From Gammaproteobacteria bacterium (GTDB lineage Bacteria; Pseudomonadota; Gammaproteobacteria; Arenicellales; JAJDZL01), in contig JAKZRU010000058.1 of assembly GCA_047517965.1 (NCBI GenBank), forward strand, positions 4,512-68,511: DNA of 64,000 nt. Direction: 5' to 3'. The position numbers and the translations under genes were made by a program. The notes beneath the pieces were generated by a model. That model saw only the letters and a program-made list of their open reading frames with translations. It did no database searches and had not been told where the DNA came from. Positions 50,268-58,816 of this stretch are shown here, in pieces (positions within the stretch are counted from its first letter, which is position 1; each line of letters opens with the position of its first letter).

Positions 50268-51134
50268 ATGATTTCCAGCATGACCGGATTTGCCAGACAG
50301 GCTTCAACAACCAATTGGGGTGAGATACAGTGGGAAGCGCGCTCATTGAATCACCGAGCTTTGGACATCAACATTCATTTGCCTGAATATTTCCGCCCGC
50401 TGGAAGCTGCTTGTCGTCAGCGGCTTGCTGCTCAATTCAATCGCGGCAGAATTGAAGTAGTGCTCAAATTTATAGCTGTTAAGGGAAGTAATGCAATTCA
50501 ACAATTCAATCAGACTTCCGTTGAAAATCTTATTGCCCATTCTCAAAAGGTAATGGATTTGGTTCCCCAGTCATCGCCGCTAACCATATGCGAAATATTG
50601 AAGTGGCCGGGTGTTCTGACTTCAACTGATTTGGATGATTCAGGACTGAATGCAGAAATCCTCAAGCTGTTCGAGAGGCTGGTCGAAGAGCTGGGTCTAG
50701 ACCGACGTAGAGAGGGGCAGGCAATCCAATCTTTGCTGAGTGAAAAAATCAAGGAATTCAAGGAATTTAAAAAGAGTGCGATGGATCTGCTCCCTGAGGC
50801 TCAGGAAAACCTGCGCAACCGGATCGCAAAAAAACTTGAGGAAATGAAACTCGAAGTTGATGTGGAAAGGTTTGAGCAGGAAGTAGCACTGATTCTGGTG
50901 AAGGCAGATGTGTGTGAAGAGATGGAGCGTATTGGATTGCATATTGCTGAGTTCGAGCGCGTGTTGTCGGAAGACCAGGAAGCAGGTAAACGATTAGGAT
51001 TTGTTCTTCAGGAATTGGGGCGCGAAGTGAATACGTTCTCGTCCAAGTCGGCTCACTATCCGCTGAATTCGCTGATGGTCGATATGAAAGTCTTGCTGGA
51101 GCAGATTCGCGAACAAGTACAGAACGTCGCATGA
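50268..51134 (+). CDS. yicC: YicC-family stress-induced protein
   Basis: SMTGFAR at the N-terminus, a coiled-coil middle and the C-terminal NTFSSKS...EQIREQVQNV pattern. It is followed by gmk as in many proteobacteria. Confidence 0.85.
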   Translation: MISSMTGFARQASTTNWGEIQWEARSLNHRALDINIHLPEYFRPLEAACRQRLAAQFNRGRIEVVLKFIAVKGSNAIQQFNQTSVENLIAHSQKVMDLVPQSSPLTICEILKWPGVLTSTDLDDSGLNAEILKLFERLVEELGLDRRREGQAIQSLLSEKIKEFKEFKKSAMDLLPEAQENLRNRIAKKLEEMKLEVDVERFEQEVALILVKADVCEEMERIGLHIAEFERVLSEDQEAGKRLGFVLQELGREVNTFSSKSAHYPLNSLMVDMKVLLEQIREQVQNVA

Positions 51135-51787
51135 CGCCAACACCGAACGAAGAATCAGTATTGCTGATCATTTCAGCAGCTTCCGGCACGGGAAAGTCAA
51201 GCCTGTCGCGTGCCTTGGTGGAATCCTCAGAGAGCACCGTTCTATCAGTTTCACATACAACCCGTGAGATTCGGCGCAATGAAGTCGAAGGAAAAGACTA
51301 CTATTTCGTTGGTGACGATGAATTTCAACGAATGATTGAGGCGGGGGAATTTGTTGAATATGCAAAGGTCTATGATCATTATTACGGCACTTCCAGAACA
51401 TCAATCGAACAACACTTGAATTCGGGTGAGAATGTATTGCTCGAAATAGAGTGGCAGGGTGCCAGACAGGTAGTGGAACTGTTTCCATCTGCGGTGCGAG
51501 TGTTTTTGCTGCCTCCTTCAATCGAGAGTTTGCGAAAGCGATTGCGCAGCAGAGGCCGCGATTCTGGCAACACGATTGAAGCTCGACTTGCTGCAGCGGT
51601 AAATGACATAAAAAATTGCTTTGATTACGATTACCTGATACTCAACGATCAATTTGATTCAGCTTTGTCCGACCTGAAGACGCTGCTTCCGGGCAGTACT
51701 GGAACGATACGCCCCATTCCAGTTGGCTTGCTTGGTGAATTAGGGATTGTTAACGGGGAAATTGATGAGTCTGTAAAAAGCTGCTGA
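51131..51787 (+). CDS. gmk: Guanylate kinase
   Basis: ATGA overlap with yicC. It has a P-loop (SAASGTGKSS), SHTTREIR, YYF and YGTS motifs. Confidence 0.9.
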   Translation: MTPTPNEESVLLIISAASGTGKSSLSRALVESSESTVLSVSHTTREIRRNEVEGKDYYFVGDDEFQRMIEAGEFVEYAKVYDHYYGTSRTSIEQHLNSGENVLLEIEWQGARQVVELFPSAVRVFLLPPSIESLRKRLRSRGRDSGNTIEARLAAAVNDIKNCFDYDYLILNDQFDSALSDLKTLLPGSTGTIRPIPVGLLGELGIVNGEIDESVKSC

Positions 51788-51860
51788 AAGCTGCCAATTG
51801 ATTTACTTGCCTGACCTTAACGGCAGAACAGATTGATATTTCCAATGGTCGGCCAGACAT

Positions 51861-53066
51861 CTAAATAATGACACTTTCACCATACTTTTGTTCTGCCAGA
51901 ATTCTTTCGTAACCCAGTCTGGTTAAATCTAACGATTTGTACTGACCATCGACGAGGAGTTCCGAAATCGCTCTTCCGATTGCAGGTGCCTGTTGCAAAC
52001 CATGTCCGCTGAATCCATTCGCGAAGTAGTAATTGGAGAATTCCGGATGAACGCCCACGATGCCATTTTGGTCAAACGAGTTGTAGTCATAATGACCGGC
52101 CCAGGAGTTGACCACACGAAGTGTTTCGAATTGTGGAATTCGGTGTGCCAGTTTAGGCCAGATCAAATCGTCAAATAATTCATGATCGACATCTAAAGTG
52201 TAGTCGATCGGGTCTTCCTCATGGATTGGCGGAGAGTATCCACATAGATAGTATTCACCCTCAGGTCTTACATAAAATCCTGCCGGATCAACAAGCAGCG
52301 GCATATCTTCAATTCGTGCCCTGCTGTGAAAAACGAACACATTGCGTCTGCGTGGTGAAACGGGTAGAGAAATTCCGGCTTGCAATGCCAAGTCACCCGC
52401 ATAAGGTCCCGCGGCGTTGACTATGGATTGACAGCGAAGGTGACCGTAAGACTTCAAGTCAGCTCCGGTAATACGATTGGATTTAAGATGGACATGTATC
52501 ACTTCATCTTCAATATAACGGACACCGAGTGATATCGCTTTTTTCTTGAGTGCGATCAGTAGACTGTAAGGGTCAAACCAGCCTTCTCCCTGCAGCCCCC
52601 TGCAACCGGCAGCCAAATCCTCCACATTCAGCCAGTGAAATGTTCTAGCCAGCGAAGCAGCGTCTAGATACTCAACTTGCGTACCGCAACCGGTTTGCAC
52701 GTCATGTCCTCGGCGAAGTTCATCCTGTCCTGCGTGAGTTGCTAAAAGCAGATACGCTGAACGAAACAAGCTGATATCAGGAGAGTCGTCACCCACCTTG
52801 AGAAACTCGTGAGCATTCGAGAGAAACTGATAGCCAAACTGTGATATCAACACGTTTTCTGGAGTGGAGAACTGTTGTCGAATTGAACCCACAGACCGTG
52901 TGGTCGCGCATGCAGAATAAGTGAAATCCTTCTCGACGACGGCGATTGATCCGTCGTAGTCAGAATTAGATGCTAGAAAATAAGCGATGGAGCTTCCCAT
53001 TATTCCGCCTCCAACTATGAGAGTTTCACAAGCGGAAAACCTTGAATTTCTGTTATGTATTTCCAT
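51861..53066 (-). CDS. FAD-dependent oxidoreductase (DAO family)
   Basis: An N-terminal dinucleotide fold (LIVGGGIMGSSIAYFLA) and a C-terminal GFSGHGLQQAPAIG motif. Confidence 0.8.
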   Translation of the reverse strand: MEIHNRNSRFSACETLIVGGGIMGSSIAYFLASNSDYDGSIAVVEKDFTYSACATTRSVGSIRQQFSTPENVLISQFGYQFLSNAHEFLKVGDDSPDISLFRSAYLLLATHAGQDELRRGHDVQTGCGTQVEYLDAASLARTFHWLNVEDLAAGCRGLQGEGWFDPYSLLIALKKKAISLGVRYIEDEVIHVHLKSNRITGADLKSYGHLRCQSIVNAAGPYAGDLALQAGISLPVSPRRRNVFVFHSRARIEDMPLLVDPAGFYVRPEGEYYLCGYSPPIHEEDPIDYTLDVDHELFDDLIWPKLAHRIPQFETLRVVNSWAGHYDYNSFDQNGIVGVHPEFSNYYFANGFSGHGLQQAPAIGRAISELLVDGQYKSLDLTRLGYERILAEQKYGESVII

Positions 53067-53152
53067 CGCACGACTATTAATGCTTGTTAATATTTTCCAG
53101 AAAAAAGCTCGTTAAAATTTTAGACAGTTTAATTTCGCACTAGGAGAACTCA

Positions 53153-54727
53153 ATGCAAAAATCAAATTCGTTATCAAAAATCGGCAATCTGCCAGCGCGC
53201 AAAGTTGGGTTGGGGTTGATTCTGTTTGTCTCAATTGTATTCGCTATGATGGTGCTTCGCCCTGAGTCCTTGGTTCACGCGGTCGAAAGCGGCAAGCCGG
53301 TCAATGCCAATCTTGAAGCAAATGTTCTGAATTCCGGATTCGCAGAGCTTGTTGAAGCGGTTTCACCTGCTGTCATATCAATTGAGGCTACTCGAAGAAA
53401 CCAAGCTGACGACATAAATTATTTTCGTTGGCCGCCGGAATTTGATGCTGAAACATTTAAGAATTTAGACCCAAGGATGCAGGAATTCTTCAAGAGATTC
53501 GAACCTGGCAAGCAACCTCCTTCTGAGCGGCATGGCAGAAAAGCGTCCAACACAGGATCTGGAGTAATCTTCAATCCCGATGGATACATTGTGACCAATT
53601 TGCATGTTGTTGAAGATGCAGAAACAATCAAGATTACGCTTTCTGATCAAACCGAATACTTTGCTGAACTCGTGGGTAGCGACAGGCTGACGGACATGGC
53701 AGTTTTGAAGATAGACACCGAGACTCCTTTGCCGTACGCAGAGTTTGGAAATTCCGAAAACGCTCGAGTTGGAGATTGGGTTATTGCAATTGGCGATCCA
53801 TTCGGACTCACCCAGTCGGTATCTCTCGGTATAGTCTCGGCCAAGGGTCGCAACTTAATACAAAACTCGCCAAACGTTCCATTGCTTCAGATTGATGCAG
53901 CAGTAAACAAGGGGAATTCGGGTGGTCCATTGTTCAATACCAATGGACAGGTGATTGGGATCAATACTCTGATTTTTTCGCCCACAGGAGTCAATGCTGG
54001 CGTTGGTTTTGCCATTCCTTCGAGCATTGTCGAGGATATATCCAACAGTTTGGTGAATGATGGCATTGTCAGAAGAGGGTGGCTTGGAGTTGTCATTCAA
54101 ACGGTTACGAGTGAAATTGCTCAAGCGCTGAATCTTCCGCAGAAACCTGATGGTCAATATGGTGCGTTGGTTTCGGACGTTCAGGCAAATAGTCCGGCCG
54201 ATGTTGCGGGAATACACCCAGGTGATCTTATCGTGGATTTCGATGGACAGACTATCGGAACTGTTCAGGATCTCTCAAGACTGGTAAAAAAGACAAAACC
54301 CGGCAGTGATGTGGCAATCAACGTAGTTCGTGGAAATGAATCCATTTCACTGAATACAAGAATCAAGGTTCTTGCGGGTGCAGACACAGAAATGAAAAAT
54401 TCTGAAAAAGATATGGCAGAGAACGGAAGCACCAATGCCCAATTCGGTGTCACATTCGCGGAACTGAATTCGGATTTACGTTCGAGATTTGGAATCGATG
54501 AAAATGTTGCCGGTGTGATCATCCTTGATGTGATTCCTGACAGTCCTGCAGATAAATCCGGACTGCGTATGGGCGACGTTATCAAATCGATAAATCGAAA
54601 TGACACTTCAACCGTGAATGCTGTTACTGAAACTTTCGCCTCACTGCGTTTGTCTGAAAAAAGTAGAGCTCTAATGCTGATCGAGCGAGGCAGCAACAGT
54701 CGATTCATTGTAGTAGACCTTGGATAA
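53153..54727 (+). CDS. Periplasmic serine endoprotease, DegP/DegQ (HtrA) family, two PDZ domains
   Basis: Signal/anchor, then the catalytic triad contexts TNLHVV, DMAVLKI and GNSGGPL. Two PDZ-like segments follow (GIHPGDLIVDFDG, GLRMGDVIKSIN). Confidence 0.9.
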   Translation: MQKSNSLSKIGNLPARKVGLGLILFVSIVFAMMVLRPESLVHAVESGKPVNANLEANVLNSGFAELVEAVSPAVISIEATRRNQADDINYFRWPPEFDAETFKNLDPRMQEFFKRFEPGKQPPSERHGRKASNTGSGVIFNPDGYIVTNLHVVEDAETIKITLSDQTEYFAELVGSDRLTDMAVLKIDTETPLPYAEFGNSENARVGDWVIAIGDPFGLTQSVSLGIVSAKGRNLIQNSPNVPLLQIDAAVNKGNSGGPLFNTNGQVIGINTLIFSPTGVNAGVGFAIPSSIVEDISNSLVNDGIVRRGWLGVVIQTVTSEIAQALNLPQKPDGQYGALVSDVQANSPADVAGIHPGDLIVDFDGQTIGTVQDLSRLVKKTKPGSDVAINVVRGNESISLNTRIKVLAGADTEMKNSEKDMAENGSTNAQFGVTFAELNSDLRSRFGIDENVAGVIILDVIPDSPADKSGLRMGDVIKSINRNDTSTVNAVTETFASLRLSEKSRALMLIERGSNSRFIVVDLG

Positions 54728-54763
54728 TTCTCTCTTCCCTAACTTGCTCGTTAGAGAAAACGC

Positions 54764-54797
54764 GTCGAGTAGCAGCGATATCTTGCTGCTACTTGAC
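54764..54797 (+). terminator. Strong hairpin downstream of the protease gene (candidate terminator, no U-tract)
   Basis: A 13-bp stem (GTCGAGTAGCAGC / GCTGCTACTTGAC, one G-U) with an 8-nt loop starts 37 nt after the stop codon. No T-run follows, so intrinsic-terminator status is uncertain. Confidence 0.4.
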
Positions 54798-54905
54798 GCA
54801 TAATCAATTCATTGGCGCAAGGATATTGTTGGGCGCAAAATAGAAACGAGCATGATGCAGGATATTTAGAATTAGATTGAAACTGTATTCGATGGTGAAT
54901 ATGCA

Positions 54906-55667
54906 ATGAAAATACTGCTCATTGAGGACGATGAATTCTGGAGAGATGCAATCATTCGGAAGTTTGTGGAGCAGGAACATCATGTCGAAGTAGCCGAAAA
55001 TTTTCAAGACGGTTTAGAACTCGTACGGAATGGAGAGTTTGATGTGACTATAGTTGACCGAGTGCTTCCATTAGATAAGAGCAGTCCTGTCTTGGATGAT
55101 GACGATTCTGGGTTAAAAATTGTAAAGGCTATTAAGGAGGAAAAAATTGATACATTAGTGGTTGGATTTAGTGCCGTCGGGAAATTGAATTACATGTGGA
55201 AATCACAAGAAGGATATGATGCCGGTTGCCACTTTTACGTGTCAAAGAAGGACGGGGTTAGCCATTTAATGCAGACTATGCAAGGGGTAGAAGCAGTTTC
55301 TGAAAAATTGAAGGCGGAAAGGATGGTTCTCCGAGTCGACCAACTAATACTCGACTGTAGCAAAAGAACGGTGACACTTGAGGGCAAGCCAATACATCTG
55401 TCTCCTACACAGTTAGATATTCTTGCATTACTGATAAAATTCAAAAATGAAGTTGTAAAGTATGAGAAGATCGCCCAATTAATTGAAAAGTCCAATAGTA
55501 GCCGGAATAACAAAAGCAACAAGAAAAGCAATAATGTATCAGTTCAAGTGCATGGATTAAGAAAGGCTATAGAAAACCACGAAGGTTCAGAAAAAATGAT
55601 TTTTACCGTTCACAAAGTCGGCTATGTACTGCGTGAGAGAAGCAAGAGAAATGCTTCAAGCAACTAG
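54906..55667 (+). CDS. OmpR/PhoB-family response regulator (atypical inserts)
   Basis: Receiver domain (MKILLIEDDE...DVTIVDRVLP...YVSKK) plus a winged-helix output (LSPTQLDILALL...VQVHGLRKAI...VHKVGYVL). It carries an Asp-rich insert after the acceptor Asp and an Asn/Ser/Lys-rich insert in the output domain. Confidence 0.8.
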   Translation: MKILLIEDDEFWRDAIIRKFVEQEHHVEVAENFQDGLELVRNGEFDVTIVDRVLPLDKSSPVLDDDDSGLKIVKAIKEEKIDTLVVGFSAVGKLNYMWKSQEGYDAGCHFYVSKKDGVSHLMQTMQGVEAVSEKLKAERMVLRVDQLILDCSKRTVTLEGKPIHLSPTQLDILALLIKFKNEVVKYEKIAQLIEKSNSSRNNKSNKKSNNVSVQVHGLRKAIENHEGSEKMIFTVHKVGYVLRERSKRNASSN

Positions 55668-55724
55668 ACAGATGAGTTTCAACTTTTGAGAAAAAGCTGA
55701 AACCCGTTTTGGCGCGTATTCAGC

Positions 55725-57131
55725 ATGACCAAATACTTCAAAGGATTTTCGTTCGTTCTGGCTGTTATATTCACTCTGGTGATCTGGTTATCAATTGCCG
55801 GAGCTATCGTAATCGCCCGCAATGCATCATTGCACTCCCGACTTGATGATATCGACCGAGAACTGATTCACATATTCGAATCAATTCAACCCTCCTACAT
55901 CGTCCACCCTGGAAGAACATTTTTGTTCTTTGAAACGATAGCAAGTAAAGTATCGGCACAATCAACTGAAAACCCACACAAAATCTATTTACTAACGAGC
56001 ATAACCGGCCAAAAAATTTACGGCAATATAGAAGAATTGCCAACATCCGGCTTCGATGACGAGGGCATAGTTGATTTTGATTTGCCCGGCAATGAAACGC
56101 GCCATGCTGTGCGTGCTCGTGCCATTAGGTTGAATGACCAGTTCATTCTGCTGGTTGGCAGAAACGTGAGTGAACTCCGTGAATTTGTTTTTGATGTACT
56201 GGTGTGGGGCACAATCATTGCGACCTTTGTCGCACTAGGTGTGGCGTATTTGTTTACAAAACTGATTTCGCGACGTCTGCAAGTATTTAACAATACTAGT
56301 GAAGCTGTATTGACAGGAAATTTCGGTGAACGAATTAAGAGAAACAGGAGCGGTGATAATTTTGACCAGTTGGCGAAGAATATCAACAATATGCTGGAGC
56401 GAATTGATTTTCAAGTAGGCCACCTTAGAAAGGTATCCAATCAAATTGAACATAATATATTGTCGCCTCTTTATCGACTGAAAGAACAACTTGTGCACAG
56501 TGTAAATCTAAATGATAAAGAAAAAAGCCAATTGCTTTCAGAAGTGGGATTGATAGATAGTGCGGTTGGTATGGTGGTGTCGGTTGCAGAATTCGAGAAC
56601 AAAATCTCTGAGGAAGAACACAGCAAATTCAATCCAATTGAGGTCATTGACAAACTCTATAGAGATCATCTGGAGATGGCAGAGAATAAAAATATCAAAT
56701 TGAACTATGTGTTGGAAGCTGCTCGCATAGAGATTCCCGGTTACCAAAATGCCATATATCTAGCGCTTGAAAATTTATTGAAGAATGCGATCAAATACAC
56801 GCCGAAAGAAGGCACTGTTAAAGTGGCAGGCATTAGCAAACCGGAAGGGTTTGAGTTTGTCATCGCCGATACTGGACCGGGAATTCCACCTGAAAAACAC
56901 GAGGAGGTTCGAAAGTTGAATTTTCGATTGGACCGTGACAAATTGATTCCAGGCGAAGGACTGGGACTCTATTGTGTAGATGAAGTGGCTAAAAGGCATA
57001 ATGTGGAACTGAAGTTCGAGAAGACTCATCCGGATGATCAGAACAATCCCGGGCTTAAAGCTACTCTAGGCTATTTTCGTCAATATAAAGCAGCCGCAGC
57101 GGCCAGGACTTCTCTTGAGAACACCAAATGA
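55725..57131 (+). CDS. Sensor histidine kinase (2 TM, HAMP, HisKA-like, HATPase)
   Basis: Two TM helices flank a periplasmic domain of about 130 aa. It has a HAMP-like region (RRLQVFNNTSEAVLTGNFGERI), an H-box-like IEHNILSPL, an N-box (LENLLKNAIKYTP), G1 (DTGPGI) and G2 (GEGLGL). Confidence 0.8.
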   Translation: MTKYFKGFSFVLAVIFTLVIWLSIAGAIVIARNASLHSRLDDIDRELIHIFESIQPSYIVHPGRTFLFFETIASKVSAQSTENPHKIYLLTSITGQKIYGNIEELPTSGFDDEGIVDFDLPGNETRHAVRARAIRLNDQFILLVGRNVSELREFVFDVLVWGTIIATFVALGVAYLFTKLISRRLQVFNNTSEAVLTGNFGERIKRNRSGDNFDQLAKNINNMLERIDFQVGHLRKVSNQIEHNILSPLYRLKEQLVHSVNLNDKEKSQLLSEVGLIDSAVGMVVSVAEFENKISEEEHSKFNPIEVIDKLYRDHLEMAENKNIKLNYVLEAARIEIPGYQNAIYLALENLLKNAIKYTPKEGTVKVAGISKPEGFEFVIADTGPGIPPEKHEEVRKLNFRLDRDKLIPGEGLGLYCVDEVAKRHNVELKFEKTHPDDQNNPGLKATLGYFRQYKAAAAARTSLENTK

Positions 57132-58047
57132 AGAAATTTTTCTGACTGAGTTCACAACCGAGGCTTCACATATTTTTGAGCGTTGGAGCACAAAAATACG
57201 GCACCGACTCCATGACCCCATCGCGTTGCTATACTGGTTCGCTTGCGTACGTGACTTAACCGCACTGAAACCTGGAAATGTTCACTGCTATGCTGATGGA
57301 CATGACTTGACGACTGAACACTTTCTTGCAAGTGCTTATGCCTCTGCTTCAATTATTGCTCACCCCGCTTTGGGTCTGGGACAAAGAATCATTCAATCGG
57401 TACGAGCAACACAAGAAGCCGTTGCCACCAATACCAACTTGGGAATCATTTTGTTGTGCGCACCGATCGTGCACGGATATCGAAATATCTCACAAGCGGG
57501 CTTGCGGCTGTCGATACAAAATGTAATCACTGAGTCAGATATCGAAGATGCTGAACTGATTTTAAACGCGATCAGAATTGCATCGCCATCCGGTCTTGGA
57601 GAATCTGCCGAGCATGATGTATTTGAGCACGCTGCCGCCGATATTCAAGCAATCATGAATTTCGCCGAATCACGAGACTTGATATCACGACAGTACTCAA
57701 ACGGATTCTTGGATATTTTCGAAGCTGGATTTGCCGCGATTGAGGAAGTACAAGCTAAAAAGTTCGGGAAAAACGAAATTGCGACGGTAGTTTATCTGAC
57801 GTATCTTTCGAGATTTCCCGACTCCCATGTTCTACGACAACATGGCAGTAACGTGGCCGAGGAGATCAAATCAGTTGGTGAGAAGCTATATGCTCATTGC
57901 AAGAGATCAAATTCAATAAGCGATATGCACGATGAACTGATGTATTATGATACGGAATGGAAACGAAGGCATATTAATCCAGGGACGAGCGCAGATTTAA
58001 CTGTGGCGACTCTCTTTGCACACAGTATTGAAAGTAGAGTAAATTAA
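57115..58047 (+). CDS. Triphosphoribosyl-dephospho-CoA synthase (CitG/MdcB)-like protein of H4MPT-linked C1 islands
   Basis: LKPGNVH, TNLGIILL and NPGTSADL are typical of the CitG family. A homolog (orf7) is known in methylotroph H4MPT clusters. The TTG start at 57115 overlaps the kinase stop and is uncertain. Confidence 0.7.
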   Translation: MRTPNEEIFLTEFTTEASHIFERWSTKIRHRLHDPIALLYWFACVRDLTALKPGNVHCYADGHDLTTEHFLASAYASASIIAHPALGLGQRIIQSVRATQEAVATNTNLGIILLCAPIVHGYRNISQAGLRLSIQNVITESDIEDAELILNAIRIASPSGLGESAEHDVFEHAAADIQAIMNFAESRDLISRQYSNGFLDIFEAGFAAIEEVQAKKFGKNEIATVVYLTYLSRFPDSHVLRQHGSNVAEEIKSVGEKLYAHCKRSNSISDMHDELMYYDTEWKRRHINPGTSADLTVATLFAHSIESRVN

Positions 58048-58136
58048 GTGTGCAGTATGCAGTTTACGGTTTGACAGTAACTACTTATATTTACTAAAGA
58101 AATTAATTCATTTTCAACCAAGTTGGAGGTAATGAG

Positions 58137-58640
58137 ATGGCGATTGACAATGTAAGGGTCGGAGAATCTTTAGTTGGAGAAGGCAATGAAGTTGCACACA
58201 TTGATTTGCTAATGGGACCACGTGGGTCTCCTGTGGAAGCAGCGTTTTGTAATACTCTGTGCAACAACAAAGACGGCTTTACCAGCTTACTGGCAGTTGC
58301 TTCGCCCAATATTCCCGCGAAGCCAAACACTGTCATGTTCAATAAAGTAACCATGAAAGGCGCTAAACAGGCGTTGCAAATGTTTGGCCCTGCGCAACGT
58401 GCTGTGTCATTAGCAGTCATCGACAGCGTTGAAGATGGCACTATTCCAGCGGATGAAGCAGATGATCTGTTCATTTGCGTTGGTGTTTTCATTCACTGGG
58501 ATGCCGAAAATGACAGTAAGATCCAAGAGTACAACTACGAGGCGACCCGTGAGGCGATTCGTCGAGCTGTCACAGGTCATCCTACTGCTCAAGAAGTCAT
58601 TGCTCAAAAAGGTATAGCGCACCCGTTCGGAGCAGACTAG
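58137..58640 (+). CDS. fae: Formaldehyde-activating enzyme (5,6,7,8-tetrahydromethanopterin hydro-lyase)
   Basis: 167 aa that aligns along its whole length with the Methylobacterium Fae I remember ([77 protein letters not shown]). It has a strong GGAGG SD 7 nt upstream. Confidence 0.95.
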   Translation: MAIDNVRVGESLVGEGNEVAHIDLLMGPRGSPVEAAFCNTLCNNKDGFTSLLAVASPNIPAKPNTVMFNKVTMKGAKQALQMFGPAQRAVSLAVIDSVEDGTIPADEADDLFICVGVFIHWDAENDSKIQEYNYEATREAIRRAVTGHPTAQEVIAQKGIAHPFGAD

Positions 58641-58654
58641 TTCATGTTTTCTTG

Positions 58655-58688
58655 AAAAAGCCAGGTGGCTATGTCACTTGGCTTTTTT
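58655..58688 (+). terminator. Rho-independent terminator after fae
   Basis: AAAAAGCCAGGTGG-ctatg-TCACTTGGCTTTTT forms a 14-bp stem (two G-U) with a 5-nt loop and a T6 run. It starts 15 nt after the fae stop. The A-run/T-run symmetry could allow bidirectional function. Confidence 0.65.
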
Positions 58689-58816
58689 ATGAGAATCGGA
58701 ATGAACCAAGGAGTTGATAGTCCATATAAATTTTGAATGAAACCGGCGCATCAACAATCCTTCAACTGTCCGAAATCGAACCTATTCTTCAGTTGTGGCG
58801 GAATTGTAGTTGCCGT

